From Torpedo marmorata (lineage: Eukaryota), in assembly GCA_977017645.1 (NCBI GenBank), contig OZ360223.1:72230001-72294000 (forward strand): a stretch of DNA of 64,000 bases. The letters run 5' to 3'. The translations under genes were made by a program, and so were the position numbers. Positions 51,891 to 64,000 of the stretch are shown here, in pieces. The notes beneath the pieces are model-generated. The model was not told where the DNA came from. It saw only the letters and a program-made list of their open reading frames with translations, and did no database searches. Position 1 is the first letter of the stretch; each line of letters starts with the position of its first letter.

Positions 51891-53685
51891 TTTATGTTAT
51901 TGGGGAGAACTCCTTTTTAATGAGAATCAGCAGAATAAACCCCAATCGACTTTGATGGTCTGTTATTGTTTTAATCAACATCTGCCTGGAAACAATTTCA
52001 ACGAGTTGCCACGCTCATATATTTCAGGAGCAAATCACTGGAGAGTAACTTGCAAGTAATTAAAATTAAGTAATACTGTATACCATGTGAGTATTATTAA
52101 AACAATAAGAGTGAGATCTTGTGTTTGTCTTTAGCCTTATTGCACTGTCCATACGATCAGGGAGATTAGCATTATTTTCTTTAATTTATTTTAGAATTTG
52201 CTTTGTGTCTCGGAGGAAATAAATCAAAGTTACAGGTATTATCCAGAATGGGATGCGCCGTTGCTCGCCATTTAACCACAGACTTTAAACATTAGTCTCC
52301 AAGGAAATAAAATGCTGCCGCTGATGATTATCTGCTATGTGTTATATGGTAAGTAATAATTTAATATGTATAAATACATGTCCAAAGTTATTAAAGGTCG
52401 GCATTACATATACCAATGAGATTCAAATACAACCCAAGATAAAAATCAGTTGTGGAGCTGTCTATTTTTCTTATTCCTATCAAAGTGACCATAGACATAA
52501 ACCTAAAAATGGATCTCAGAATATTTGTTTTTAGCTGGGATCCTCGCCTTGTGTTGAACACGTTCTAAGAATTTCTGTTATATAAAACTTTTAATTTTCA
52601 ACAATCTGGCGACTTGTTGGGGGGGGTTGGGGTAGAATGTATTTTGCATCCCTTTTTAAAGATCTTTTCCTTCTATGTGTGACAAAACAGCTGAATAGGG
52701 TAGTTGTGATGCTGAAATACGACCGTTACACGAATAAGAGTTGTTCTAAGTGCGACTGGATTGGCCGTTGACCCTCCTTGTTGCAAGGCTACTCATGTGT
52801 CACGAGTTAACGTTTGCACACAGGTGAGAGTGATTGAAGTGCGCATTCTCCTCCAGTGGAGGTCGATAGAAACGCTGAGCAACAAAAGAGGTTGTTGCAG
52901 TGCTCAGCTCGAGATTTGGACAGAAGGTAAACCTTTATTTTAGATTTTATAAAAACCGGGAACTCCAGTCCAAAAAGTTCACATCAAGTCTCCGAGCAAA
53001 TCAGAATCTTCCATTCACAAACAGACCTTCAAAGCCTGCTTTTTAATTTCTAAATTGGTTTTGCTGCCTTCCTATTTCTTGGATATCTGTCGGGCCAGAA
53101 ACTCCAAGATAAAGTGCTCTCTCAGCTCTGATCTGTCTCTTTGATTTTAAACATTTCACCGTTGACTGTTTAGTTTTTGAGGCAGTAAATTCTGGAACAT
53201 TGTCTGCACCCCTCCTTCCGACTTTAAGATGACCTTTTTAAAAAAATAAAAATAAAATAAAATTCAAGGCCAAGTTTAGATTATTTACTGAGCACTATTT
53301 TAGCCAACGGGATAAAAGTGGTGTAACCAGCACAACGCTAACTATTGTATAATAAAGTCATTTACCAATAAAGTAGCATATATAAAGAGCTACAACATCT
53401 TGGTAAAAGGCAGAATAATTTAGAGAAATGCATAGGAAGAATACACTTACAGATTGTGTAGAAAATCCATCTGTTATGGGTATCAAAAATGTTGGAAGTT
53501 TTAAAGTAAGAAGATGGAATTTTAAAGTAGTCACTAAGGGGTGATGTTTTTTTACATTCGTCTCCAGTGATTGAAATCTGGAGTTTATGACCAGAGGAGA
53601 TACTAGAATCCTATACAATTGCTCCAATAAAGAGGTATTTAGGCAGACATTTTGTTAGGCAAGGCATAGAATGATATATTCCTAA

Positions 53686-54586
53686 TGTTACAAAATCAAA
53701 CCAGCAACGACAGAAGACGCAATGCAAAAGGGGTAAAATTGAAATTTATATTTATTAAAGACAATTAAACATATAATTTCACAACAATTAACCCCACTAT
53801 AAACGTCTATAAACACTATTCTTATCTAAAAGGTGTGTGTAAAGCCCAGACCATTACAGTCTGTGCCCAACCCTTACGTAAAAATGGAAAAACTTTCCCC
53901 AAAAACCCCAGGTCAGTCATAAAAAAACAAGTCAGTCAAAAAATAGAATAATACAGTCCACAAAATTCACTCTCTAAGTTCAGGCTTCAAATTCAGCTCT
54001 GGGTCTGGTAGAAGTACTTCTGAATGAACGTTGGAGAGAGACAATGACTGTTTATGCTTACAAATACTTGTTTTCTTCTCTGATGACGTCCCCTTGTGTG
54101 TTCAAAAGGATTGCGAATTCAGATCAGTATACCACTGATTTAGGCGTGTGCTTGGATCTCACAGCTAATCTCGCTGATCTCACGCCTGTTCTCCACAGAA
54201 GTTGCTTTTAACTCAGAATTTCTCTGAGACAGGAGGCCATGTGCTATTCTGCCAGTCTTTTCTCTGACTATGCACAAGCCTAGATTTGGCTGTGTTCTCT
54301 AGCCTTTGCAACTACCAACTGTCTGCTTTTTGCAGAGGTCTGCACCTGCTTTGGCAAAAGTGCAACAAATGTATCTTTGTCCACAACCTGTCTCTCTCTC
54401 TCTCTCTCTCTGGTCTCTCTCTGTCTGGGTACACCAAAAGTGCAACAATGTCTCTCTCTCTGTCTGGGTATACCAAGGCCTGGGGAAGTTAACTCTTTCA
54501 GTACCTGGCCCCAGTGTATACTCCAAAAGACTTCATCCTTCCTGCTGACCGTCCGCAGTCCAAATGGTCAGTCATGGTCCATAACA
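53686..54586 (-). mobile_element. Solo LTR, copy 2 (divergent subfamily)
   Basis: TGTTACA...ATAACA ends; 4-bp TSD CTAA. Confidence 0.9.
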
Positions 54587-55515
54587 CTAATGTGGGCATT
54601 TGAGATTAATGTAGATGGGCAAAAAGATCAGTATGGTCGGGGTAGGCGGAAAGGCCTGTTTCTGTCTGACTTATGTGAACACCAGGCTGAATTACCCACT
54701 CATCTCCACTCTGGCTGGCTATAACAATATCACTGTTGCAGACACTCAAAAAAAAAAATAAAAAAAAAAAAAAATTAAAAAATGCAAATCCTTCTGAAAC
54801 TATGAGTGCAAGTTATTTCTTATAAAGCTGTTTAATTTGGTGTCCTTAATAAAGCAAAATCTTGCAAGGCACTTCACAGGAAGGCGCCCAAAATATTCAA
54901 GTTTGTAATGTAAATATTTCTGCAAAATGTAATCTGTACTATTCTCTTTATCTCACCTACTGGTTACTTTCAAAGAATCAGAAATAATCAAGATCATATT
55001 GCTGGTCTTGAGAAACTTAAGTGAAGTGAGAATATTATAAAGTGGACCCTATATTTTAATTTCCCAAATTATTCAACAAAAAGATTTGATATTTTTTGCA
55101 ATTGATGTGGATGACTTGAGAAGAAGATTTTTTGGACTAGTTTGGGTCTTCAGTTGAGAATATTTTGAAATTAGGAAATAAAATGTGGTGTTTTAAAGAT
55201 GGGATCGTGGCTTTGTGCTGTAGAATTTGGGAGCTGAAGATTAAATATTTGTAAAGATTTAATACATTGATTGTTCATCTTGCAGATGTACAGATATAAT
55301 ATTCCCATTTTTTGATGAGTTTGTAATGATGATCAAATTTTAAATTTGAGAATGAAGGTAGTGTAACACAAAAGCCACAGATGATGGAATTTTGAATAGA
55401 CAAAGAATGGTTGGAGAACTTGGAGGAACTCAGCAGGTCAAACGTTATCCATGGGTTGAAAGGGTCAATGTTTCACGTCTGAACTCTAACAATACTAAAG
55501 AAAATGGGGTGATAT

Positions 55516-56362
55516 TGTTATGGACCATGACTGACCATTTGGACTGCAGACGGTCAGCAGGAAGGATGAAGTCTTTTGGAGTACACACTGGGACCTGGTA
55601 CTGAAAGAGTTAACTAGCCCAGGACTACTTGTACTCACAGAGAGAGAGAGACAGACTGTGGAGAGATACTTCGTTGCACTTTTGCAAAAGCAGGTGCAAA
55701 CCTCTGCAAAAAGCATTCAGTTTGGAGTTGCAAAGGCTGGAGAACACAGCAAAATCCAGGCTTGTGCATCCCAGGGGAAAAGGCTGGGAGAACAGCACAT
55801 GGCCTCCTGTCTCAGCAAAATCCTGAATTAAAACAACTTTTGTGAAGAACAGGCGTGAGATCAGCGAGACAGGCTGTGAGATCCAAGTACATGCATCAAT
55901 CCAAAACGGATTTGGAGTTGCAATCCTCGTGAATCTACCAAAAGGGAAAGTCATCAGAGAAGAAAAACAGGCCAAGCATTCGTAAGCATAAACAGTCATT
56001 GTCTCTCTCTCCAACGTTCATTAAGAAGTCCTTCTTGCCAGCACACAGAGCTGAATTTGGACCCTGAACATAGAGAGTGAATTTTTGTGGACTGTATTTT
56101 TGGGACTGGCTTATTTTTATGACTGACCTGGGGATTTTGGGGAAGGTTTTCCATATTTACATGAGGGTTGGACACAGACTGTAATGGTCTGGGCTTTACA
56201 CACACACACACACACTCTTTAGATAAGAATAGTGTTTATAGATATTTATAGTGGGGTTAATTGTTGTGAAATTATATGTTTAATTGTCTTTAATAAATAT
56301 AAATTTCAATTTTACCCCTTTTGCATTGCGTCTTCTGTCGTTGCTGGTTTGAATTTGTAACA
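55516..56362 (+). mobile_element. Solo LTR, copy 3
   Basis: TGTTATGG...TGTAACA ends; 4-bp TSD ATAT; AATAAA at about 56292 used to orient the family. Confidence 0.9.
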
Positions 56363-56514
56363 ATATTATGTATATGAAAGGGGAAATGAAGCTGGGTGAG
56401 ATGCCCTGAGATGATTAGGCAAAAGACAGAAGGTATGAGAGGTGGAGTAAACTAAATGGGTGTCCACGAAATATTTCTGAGGAAATGGCCCACACAACTA
56501 CTTCAATGATCTTG

Positions 56515-57025
56515 TTAAAGGTTCCTTTTATCACATAATAATATAGAAAAATGTAATATACATGATATGCTTCAACGTTTGTTTGCTGTAAGGCTGACAG
56601 AGTCACCATGAGCATTGCCTAGTCCCCCTAATAATAAGAGAAAGAGAAGCAAAAGAGAGTCCCTTCAGAGATACTGAGTGTCTGTGGAATCGTCTCCAGT
56701 GCTCCTGCAGCCTCTGCAGCCCGAACTCCAGGTCCAAACCTCTGATATAATCAGGAAGCCTTTAGCGCCCGAGGACCTTCAGGAGCCATTCTCCTCAGCA
56801 CCCTCGAGAATCCCGGTTCTGGTACCTGGTTCACACAAGCCAGTCTCCAGCAGCCGCAGTGTGTATGGGTCCTTCGACCGCAAGTCGCCAGCAGCACACA
56901 GCCTTTGTGAGTCCTTCGACCGCAAGTCGCCAACCGCCCACAGCCTGTCTGGGTTCTTCAGCCACTGAGCCCCTCGCTGGTCCGCCACCATGGTCGCCTT
57001 CCCTGTAGGGTTGTCCCCCATGTCT
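56515..57025 (-). mobile_element. Diverged relative of element X
   Basis: Shares AGAGAAAGAGAAGCAAAAGAGAGTCCC and CCAGTCTCCAGCAG blocks with 16736-17595; internal GTCCTTCGACCGCAAGTCGCCA duplication. Confidence 0.6.
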
Positions 57026-57859
57026 CCTGAATTGTACAAGATTTTATTTTGGAAAATCTGGTGATTAAATTCTGTTTCTGTGCAATTGATCATTTCTCTC
57101 TTCTGTTAAACTTTCATTAAGTGCTTCTCCTTTAGGCTTGCGTGCTAGGCTTGGAAAGTCATGAATGTTGAGTTGCCAACAAAACATTAAAATTAAATCT
57201 AAGCAGTGGATGAGGTCATTGCTTGATGGACAGGACATTTTGTGAAGTGAGGACATCTTTACTTGTGTAGCTAAGAATTGATATAAATTTATTTCATATG
57301 ATGTGGATGATTTTGTGTGATGGCTTTGACTGGGGCAGAAGGGCTCAGGTGCTACACTGTAAACCTACTTGTTATTATTACATTCAGAAGGTTTGAAATG
57401 TGAAATCCTTTTTTCAGTAAAGTTTTATCTTTGTTCAGCTCAAGTTTTTTTTTGAAGATTTGGTTCTGAATAATTGGAAAATGCGAATGAAAAATTGAAA
57501 TTGTATCATTATGATGCCACATCATACTTTATAAAAATAACTTTTATCAACAGTTTGGTGTACAAAACGCATCTGAATGAGATTTCATATACATGTTGCT
57601 TATTCAGTTGATTTTGCAGTGTTATCTTTTGGGAATCAGAAATAGTTCAGAACTGACATGGATTAAATGTGATTTTCAAATATAACGTGATTTAATTTTG
57701 TATCCACTTAAAAACATGAGATTCAATCAGAAAATGATTTGAAACTTGCACAGCAGTGTGATTCACTGGTTAACTAAAACAGAAAGATTCATGCTTGCCT
57801 TCACATAGATAAGATGTTCCAGAGCATTTTGCAGTCATTAAACTACTAAGAGCCGTAGG

Positions 57860-58115
57860 CTTAATTACTTACCTTTATTGCGGCGCTCCGATGTCTCGAC
57901 GGGTTACGGAGAAGTCGCGACGTTTGTAGGCCGTCCTCGGCCTGTTTAGTGCTCTGCGCATGCGCTAGAGTGCCGACGGGCGCATGCGCAGTTTGGAATT
58001 GACGGCATTGTGTGTGGTGTAGTGTGGGAGATGTAGTGTGTGCGGTGGAATAGGAGATGGAGCATGCGCGAATAGGAAAAAGATGGCGATGTAGGAGGGT
58101 GAGTGAGATCGCCAT
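57860..58115. promoter_or_regulatory. CpG-rich putative bidirectional promoter with first-exon donors on both strands
   Basis: NRF1-type GCGCATGCGC at 57956 and 57980; YY1-type AAGATGGCG at 58080; + strand donor GG|GTGAGT at 58099; - strand donor AAG|GTAAGT at 57872. Confidence 0.65.
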
Positions 58116-58569
58116 ATCTTTTATTGACCATTTCATAGAACGTTTCATAGAACTTTTAAACTAGTTTCTTTGTGGTTTAAAGTCATTTAATTGAGCATCT
58201 AAATACAGTCAAAGGAATCGTTTAAAGGAACTCATTATACATTGTTTTCAAGAACTGTTTATATTTCAATCATTGAAGATTGCTGCAAGTCACGTGTGTA
58301 AATAAAGTTTTTGAACATTTTGGACTTTGTTGGTAAATTAATTGAAAAGCGTCAAAGACAAGTATCTCACTTAGCCTCCAGGTGACTATTGTTGGATAGA
58401 AGTCACCATAATAACTACTTTTGAATTACCACTAATTGTAATACTTGATTTAAACACCAAATTTAACACCACTTTCAAAATTGGTAATGGTATGAGATTA
58501 CTTGATGATGTAACATGTAATTAGAAAGTTAAATTGCTTTGGATCATTTTTTTTAGTAATTGTATAGTC

Positions 58570-59525
58570 ATGACACCACAGTTGTCGGCAGAATCACAAA
58601 CGGCAATGAGGAAGCGTACAGGAGGGCGATAGATCAGCTCGTTGAATGGTGTAACGACAACAACCTTGAGCTCAATGTCAGCAAAACCAAGGAGATGATT
58701 GTGGACTTCAGGAGGAAGTCAGGGGAACATGACCCAGTCCTCATCGAGGGCTCAGTCGTGGAGAGGGTCAAGAACTTCAAATTCCTGGGTGTCAACATCT
58801 CTGAGGATCTGTCCTGGAGCCTCCACGTTGATGCAATCACAAAGAAGGCTCGCCAGCAGCTATACTTTGTGAGGTGTCTGAGGAGATTCGGTATGTCACC
58901 GAAGACTCTCGTAAACTTCTACAGGTGTACTTTGGAGAGCATTCTGGCTGGTTGCATCACTGCCTGGTATGGAGGCGCCAACTCTCAGGACAAGAATAAA
59001 CTCCAGAGTAAAAAACACAAATGCTGGAGAAACTCAGCAGGTCAAACAGTTTGACCTGCTGAGTTTCTCCAGCATTTGTGTTTTTTACTTCAACCACGGT
59101 GTCTACAGATTTTTGTGTTTTACTTAATAAACTCCAGAGGGTTGTTAACTCAGCCTGTGACATCACAGGCACCAGACTTCACTCCATCGAGGACATCTAC
59201 ATGAGGTGGTGTCTTAAAAAAGCAGCCTCTGTCCTCAAAGACCCCCACCACCCAAGCCATGCCCTCTTCACTCTGTTACATCGGGAAAAAGCTACAGGAG
59301 CCTAAAGACGAGCACTCAATGGCACAAGGACAGCTTCTTCCCCGCTGCTATCAGATTCCTGAATAATCAATGAACCAAAGACACTGCCTTACTTTTCGTG
59401 CACTATTATTTATATTTTTTATAGTAATGTCGTAAGATGGTTATAATATGAATGTTTGCACTATGATGCTGCCGCAAAACACCGAATTTCATGACTTGTC
59501 CATGTCAATAAATTCTGATTCTGAT
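58570..59525 (+). mobile_element. Rex1/Babar LINE 3' fragment with an inserted Penelope foldback
   Basis: DTTVVGRITNGNEEAYRR...CITAWYGG; ends AATAAATTCTGATTCTGA. Confidence 0.92.
59009..59125. mobile_element. Penelope-like mini foldback insertion
   Basis: ~40-bp inverted arms; tail on the right side; 14-bp TSD AATAAACTCCAGAG at 58995-59008 and 59126-59139. Confidence 0.92.
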
Positions 59526-59904
59526 GATATCTGAATCATTATTGAAATGCATTATATTTCATTTAAAACGTTTTAAATGGAAACTAAATTTTTAATTCTC
59601 ACATTGGTATCCTTTGAATGTAATAGTTATTGTGAGAAAGATTTGTTTCATCAAAATTATATATATTTTTGGCACATGAAATTTCAATCAGCCAGGAAAG
59701 AATCTGGCAGTTAGTTGCAAGGAAGGCAGGATATGTAGTTAAACATTAATGTACACTGTCATCATTGCGACTCTGCATCATTTTGGAATGATTTCGACCA
59801 GCAGAAAGATGTTTGAAAGCTTGGTTAGTTGCTTCTCTCAACTTTCCCTCATAGCATCTGTGTTATTACAATTTAGAAGCAACCTGTGGCCCAAGCATCG
59901 AGAG

Positions 59905-60275
59905 CAGTGGTTTTCAAACTATTTCTTTCCACTCACATGCCACCTTAAGTAATCCCTATGCCATAGGTGCTCTGTGATTAGTAAGGAATTACTTAAGGTG
60001 GTATGTGAGTGGAAAGAAAAAGTTTGAAAACCACTGTTTTAATCGTACCTAATTGACTCGTTATGTGCACGGTTTCATAACTTCAAAGGAAATGGGCCAA
60101 TGACAATTTTTCTCAAGCAAAATATTTCATTAACAATTGGGTCTAGAGCAGTGGTTCTCAACCTTTTTTCCCCACACATACCACCTTAAGTAATCCCTTA
60201 CTAATCACAGAGCACCTCTGGCATAGAGATTACTTAAGGTGGTATGTGTGGAAAGAAAAAGTTTGAAAAACACTG
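59905..60275. mobile_element. Pair of hAT (Charlie-type) hairpin MITE units in inverted orientation
   Basis: Units 59905-60036 and 60149-60275, each CAGTG...CACTG and largely palindromic; GTCTAGAG target motif precedes unit 2. Confidence 0.8.
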
Positions 60276-60429
60276 ATTTCTCGAGGATAAATCCATTACT
60301 CTGAATGACTCGTGTTAATATTTTGAATGCAAGTTTATCAACAATTTGTCAATGATTTTTTTTACCTTATATAAGTAGTATATTTGACAAAATTTCCAGA
60401 TACATTGGGACGGAAAGAATCTAATTATG

Positions 60430-62095
60430 AGCTGTGGAAGAAGGCAGACATTTCGGAAGATCTGGATTGGAAGACCTCATCTTGGGAACAGATGCGGTGG
60501 AGATAGAGAAATTGAGAGAAGGGAATGGAATCTTTGCAGCGGACAGGGTGTGAGGAAGTGTAGTCCAGGAGGGTTTGTAGTATATATCAGTGGAAAGCTT
60601 GTCTCCCGAGATGGAGACAGAGAGATCCAGGAAGGAAAGAGTGTTATTGGAGATGGACCAGGTGAGTTTGAGATCAGGGTGGAAGTTGGACGCAAAGTGG
60701 ATGAAGTTGAAAAGCTCATCGCGGGTGCATGAGGCAGCCCCGATGTAGTCGTCAATATACCGGAGGAAGAGTTGACGGGTCTTGCCTATGTAGGCTTGCA
60801 GCATGGATTGCTCCACAAAGCTCACAAACAGGCAGGCGCAGCTGGGACCCATGTGAGTTCCCATGGCTATTCCTTTGATTTGGAACAAGTGGGATGAGTT
60901 AAAGGAGAAGTTGTTTAGTGTGAGGACAAGTTCTGCCAGGCGAAGGAGGGTGGTGGTAGAGGGTGACTGGTCGGGTCTTTGGTCCAGGAAGAAGCAAATT
61001 CCTTTCAGACCTTTTGTGTGGGGGATAGAGGTATAAAGGGATTGGACATCTATTGTGAAGATGAGGCGGTCCGGTTCGGGGAATCTGAAGTCATTGAGGA
61101 GATGGAGGGCATGTGAGGTGTCACGGATGTAGGTGGGGAGGGATTGGACCAGGGGAGAAAAGATAGTCAAGGTGAGATGAAACTAGTTCGGTGGGGCAGG
61201 AGCAGGTAGAAACAATGGGTCTGCCCGGATGTTTGGGTTTGTGTATCTTGGGTAGAAGGTAGAAACGGGCAGTGTGGGGGTGGGAGAGAATGAGGTTGGT
61301 GGCCTTGGAGGGGAGGTGACCAGAGGTGATGAGGTTGGAGATGGTGCTGGAGTCAGTGGCTTGATGTGTGGTGGTGGGATCCTGTGGGAGGGGTCGATAG
61401 GAGGAGGAGGTGTCATCCCTCCCCACCCATCGCACCCCCAGCACCTTCCCCTGTGCCCACAGGAGGGGCAACACTTGCGCACACACCTCCTCCCTCACCA
61501 AGGTCCGGGGCCCCAAACAGGCCTTTCAAGTGAAGCAACACTTCAGTTGTACTTCCAGAGGACTTATTTATTGCATCCGTTGCTCCCTTTGTGGCATTCT
61601 CTACATCGGAGAGACCGGTCGCAGATTGGGAGATCACTTCGCTCAGCACCTCCGCTCGCAATAACAGCGACCTCCCAGTGGCCAACCATTTCAATTCCGA
61701 GTCACACTCCCGCGCTCACATGTCCGTCCATGGCCTTGTGTACTATCCCACCCTGACCACCCGCAGATTGGAGGAACAACATCTTATTTTCCGTCTGGGC
61801 ACTCTCCAGCCAGATGGCATTAACATTGACTTTACTGGTTTCCACTAAACCTGCTTGCCTTTTTCCCCTCCCCCCTGTCATGTCTTTCCAGTTCTTCCAC
61901 CCACCCAGCCATCCCTCCTCCCCCTCATTGCTGCTGTCCCCTCCCTCCTTTCTCCACCTATCATCTCCTGCCTTTGCCACCCCCCTCCCCCCCCACTCTT
62001 TTGTTCAGACGCCTGCCGGCATTTTCTCATACTTCAATCCTGAAACGTCGGTTATGTATCTTTGACCTGCTGAGCTTCTCCAGCATTTTGTGTTT
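60430..62095. mobile_element. Penelope-like element with an inverted 5' half: RT on - (60430-61410), GIY-YIG and pLTR on + (61413-62095)
   Basis: FYLLPKIHKPKHPGRPIVS, DVQSLYTSIP, GIAMGTHMGP and LRYIDD motifs; LIYCIRCSLCGILYIGETGR. Confidence 0.92.
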
Positions 62096-64000
62096 GATAT
62101 GTATCACAGATCTATACAAAGCATATGACTTCTGTTTTTGTTTCCTTAAAGTTTTATTCTGCATTTTATTATGTATTCAGCAGAGCGAGCACTGCTTATT
62201 TGAAAGGAATTATTCATTTATAGTGAAAGATTTCTCTGTGAAATCATTTGTTGTCACCTCTGCTGTATTTAACATCTATTCAAGTATTACAACTGTTCTT
62301 TACATCATTTATATATTATCTGCTTTTAAGTGATAACTCTCAAGAAATCTATATAAACAATGATTTTTTTTTTAGCTTCATGCATAGAATAAGTAGTATC
62401 ATTTTTTATTTTAGTGTTTGTTGGAATTTATATGGTTCATTAAATAACAAAACAGTTATTTTCTTCACTGATAAGTGGGGGGGGGGGGTAGGTTTTGGAA
62501 GTCTCCAAAATATATTATTGTTTTGCTGTTAAGTTTAAGCACAACCAACAGAATGAAAAAATGATTTACTGATCACTTTAGACTGTGAATGTACACTGAG
62601 TACTAATTTGAGTGTTATCAAAGGACAATACTACAGTAAGTGAAACTAAGTGGCCAGTCTGCAAATGGACTAAAATTTAAAGAAAGACTAGTCCAATTAG
62701 TTGTGAAGCTCCAACAAATGATCTGCTCTGGAATATTATGCTCCCCGTAACACCCCATCCCTTGAGTACCTGTGCCCATTGGCCCTTATCCACTGATGGT
62801 TTTGGATTGAATGTTTATTTTCTGTCTGTTTAATACTCAGAGTTATCATGTCACCTCCATTCTTAAAATACAAAAGCAAACATTCTGCAGCTATTTAGTT
62901 CTTTCCTCCAATATTTAGCTGAAACACTATGCAGTTTTATTAAGGGTGTATCAAGCAGGATGTTCTACACTAATTCATTGCATCATCCATTACAGTATGG
63001 TTGCAACTTATGGTTAGGAAAAGATAATGTTCCTTTGTGAAAATAAAAGTCAGTAGCTCTGCAGATTTTAATTGCTAGTCCTCATTTTAGTTTGCTGGTC
63101 AGCTCCTCAGCTGACACCAACAGAAAGTCGTTGGATGGCAGATGAGAAAGAAAACTACATCCTTCATGTTGGCTCCCTTGACAATTCATTCCACTCATTT
63201 ACTCTTATTTATGTAAATTATCTTCAGCTTTTTTCAGTTCTGAGATTCATATATATCATTGCAGTGTGTGGGAGCCATTACAATAAAGACCTGAACTGAA
63301 AATCTTAGTGCTTGTTCTAAATGAGTGTAGTTTACTGGCTAATTAAAATGCAGGAGTTGTCTACCGTAATCCTTGGAGTTGAAATGAAACCTTAAATTAG
63401 CTCCAGATGGAGAATACATGGACTTGCATTTTTTTTGGACAAAATATAAACCATTAAATGTTGCACCTTTGCATGAACTAAGGATTAAGGTAGGAGCAAG
63501 AATAGGCAATTCAGTCTCTCAAATCTTTTTATTCATTGAGATGATGGTTGATCTGTCCCTTCACTCTTATTCATCTGACTTTGTGTTGTACCTATTGATA
63601 GAATTGTACAAGTTTATTTATCAGCGCATATATGGATTAAGGCTAATGGCCTCTGCTCATGAACTATTTCTTGGAATTCTGCTGAGTGAGCCCTTTAATG
63701 GAAATCTTTCTTCTATCATAAATTTTATTAACGACAAGCTCTTGATTGCTCACACATTCATTGTTTGACCTTATAAAGGATAGAAGATTTCTTTGGGGAT
63801 GATTGGATCATTTGTGCGAGAAATGTGGAAGTACGTGACAACTTAAATTAATTTACACATCAGGAGTGTCTAATGTACTTATAACTTTTCAGAATTTAAT
63901 GCTTTACCATCCTATGAGTTCCTTGAAGGAAAGTTGATTGTAACACTTTCATATAACAATGCAATGTGAAATTGGAAAGGGATTATTGAAAGGCTGAGGA

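Noticed and set aside
53686-56362. One provirus or one large TIR element bounded by the two LTR copies
   Set aside because: Each copy has its own TSD, they are inverted and the interval has no gag or pol.
63072-63768. Coding exons of a downstream gene
   Set aside because: No recognisable protein; the 63.4-63.8 kb part looks like decayed LINE sequence, too weak to call.

Overview
This is vertebrate genomic DNA, most likely a cartilaginous fish (inferred from the V-SINE, CR1, Rex1 and Penelope repeat content). The only host protein-coding gene I recognise is PPP4R2 on the + strand: six 3' coding exons between 33825 and 44056, then a 3'UTR to about 45230. The upstream exons are not visible, so 1-33824 is probably one very large, TE-filled intron. 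That region holds nested L1/Tx1-type LINEs, Rex1/Babar and CR1 LINE pieces, solo LTRs, TA-targeting Tc1/mariner MITEs and a decayed hAT (Charlie/Buster) transposon. Three things stand out. (1) A Penelope-like family is present as a size ladder of foldback insertions with 14-15 bp TSDs, a one-sided tail and a non-canonical hammerhead-like motif. (2) A 1.9 kb gag-only Gypsy element has an open gag, a tRNA-Leu PBS and LTRs that are identical in one part and strongly diverged in the other. (3) An orphan CpG-rich, apparently bidirectional promoter near 57.9 kb has splice donors on both strands. All family assignments come from motif recognition by eye; no database search was run.
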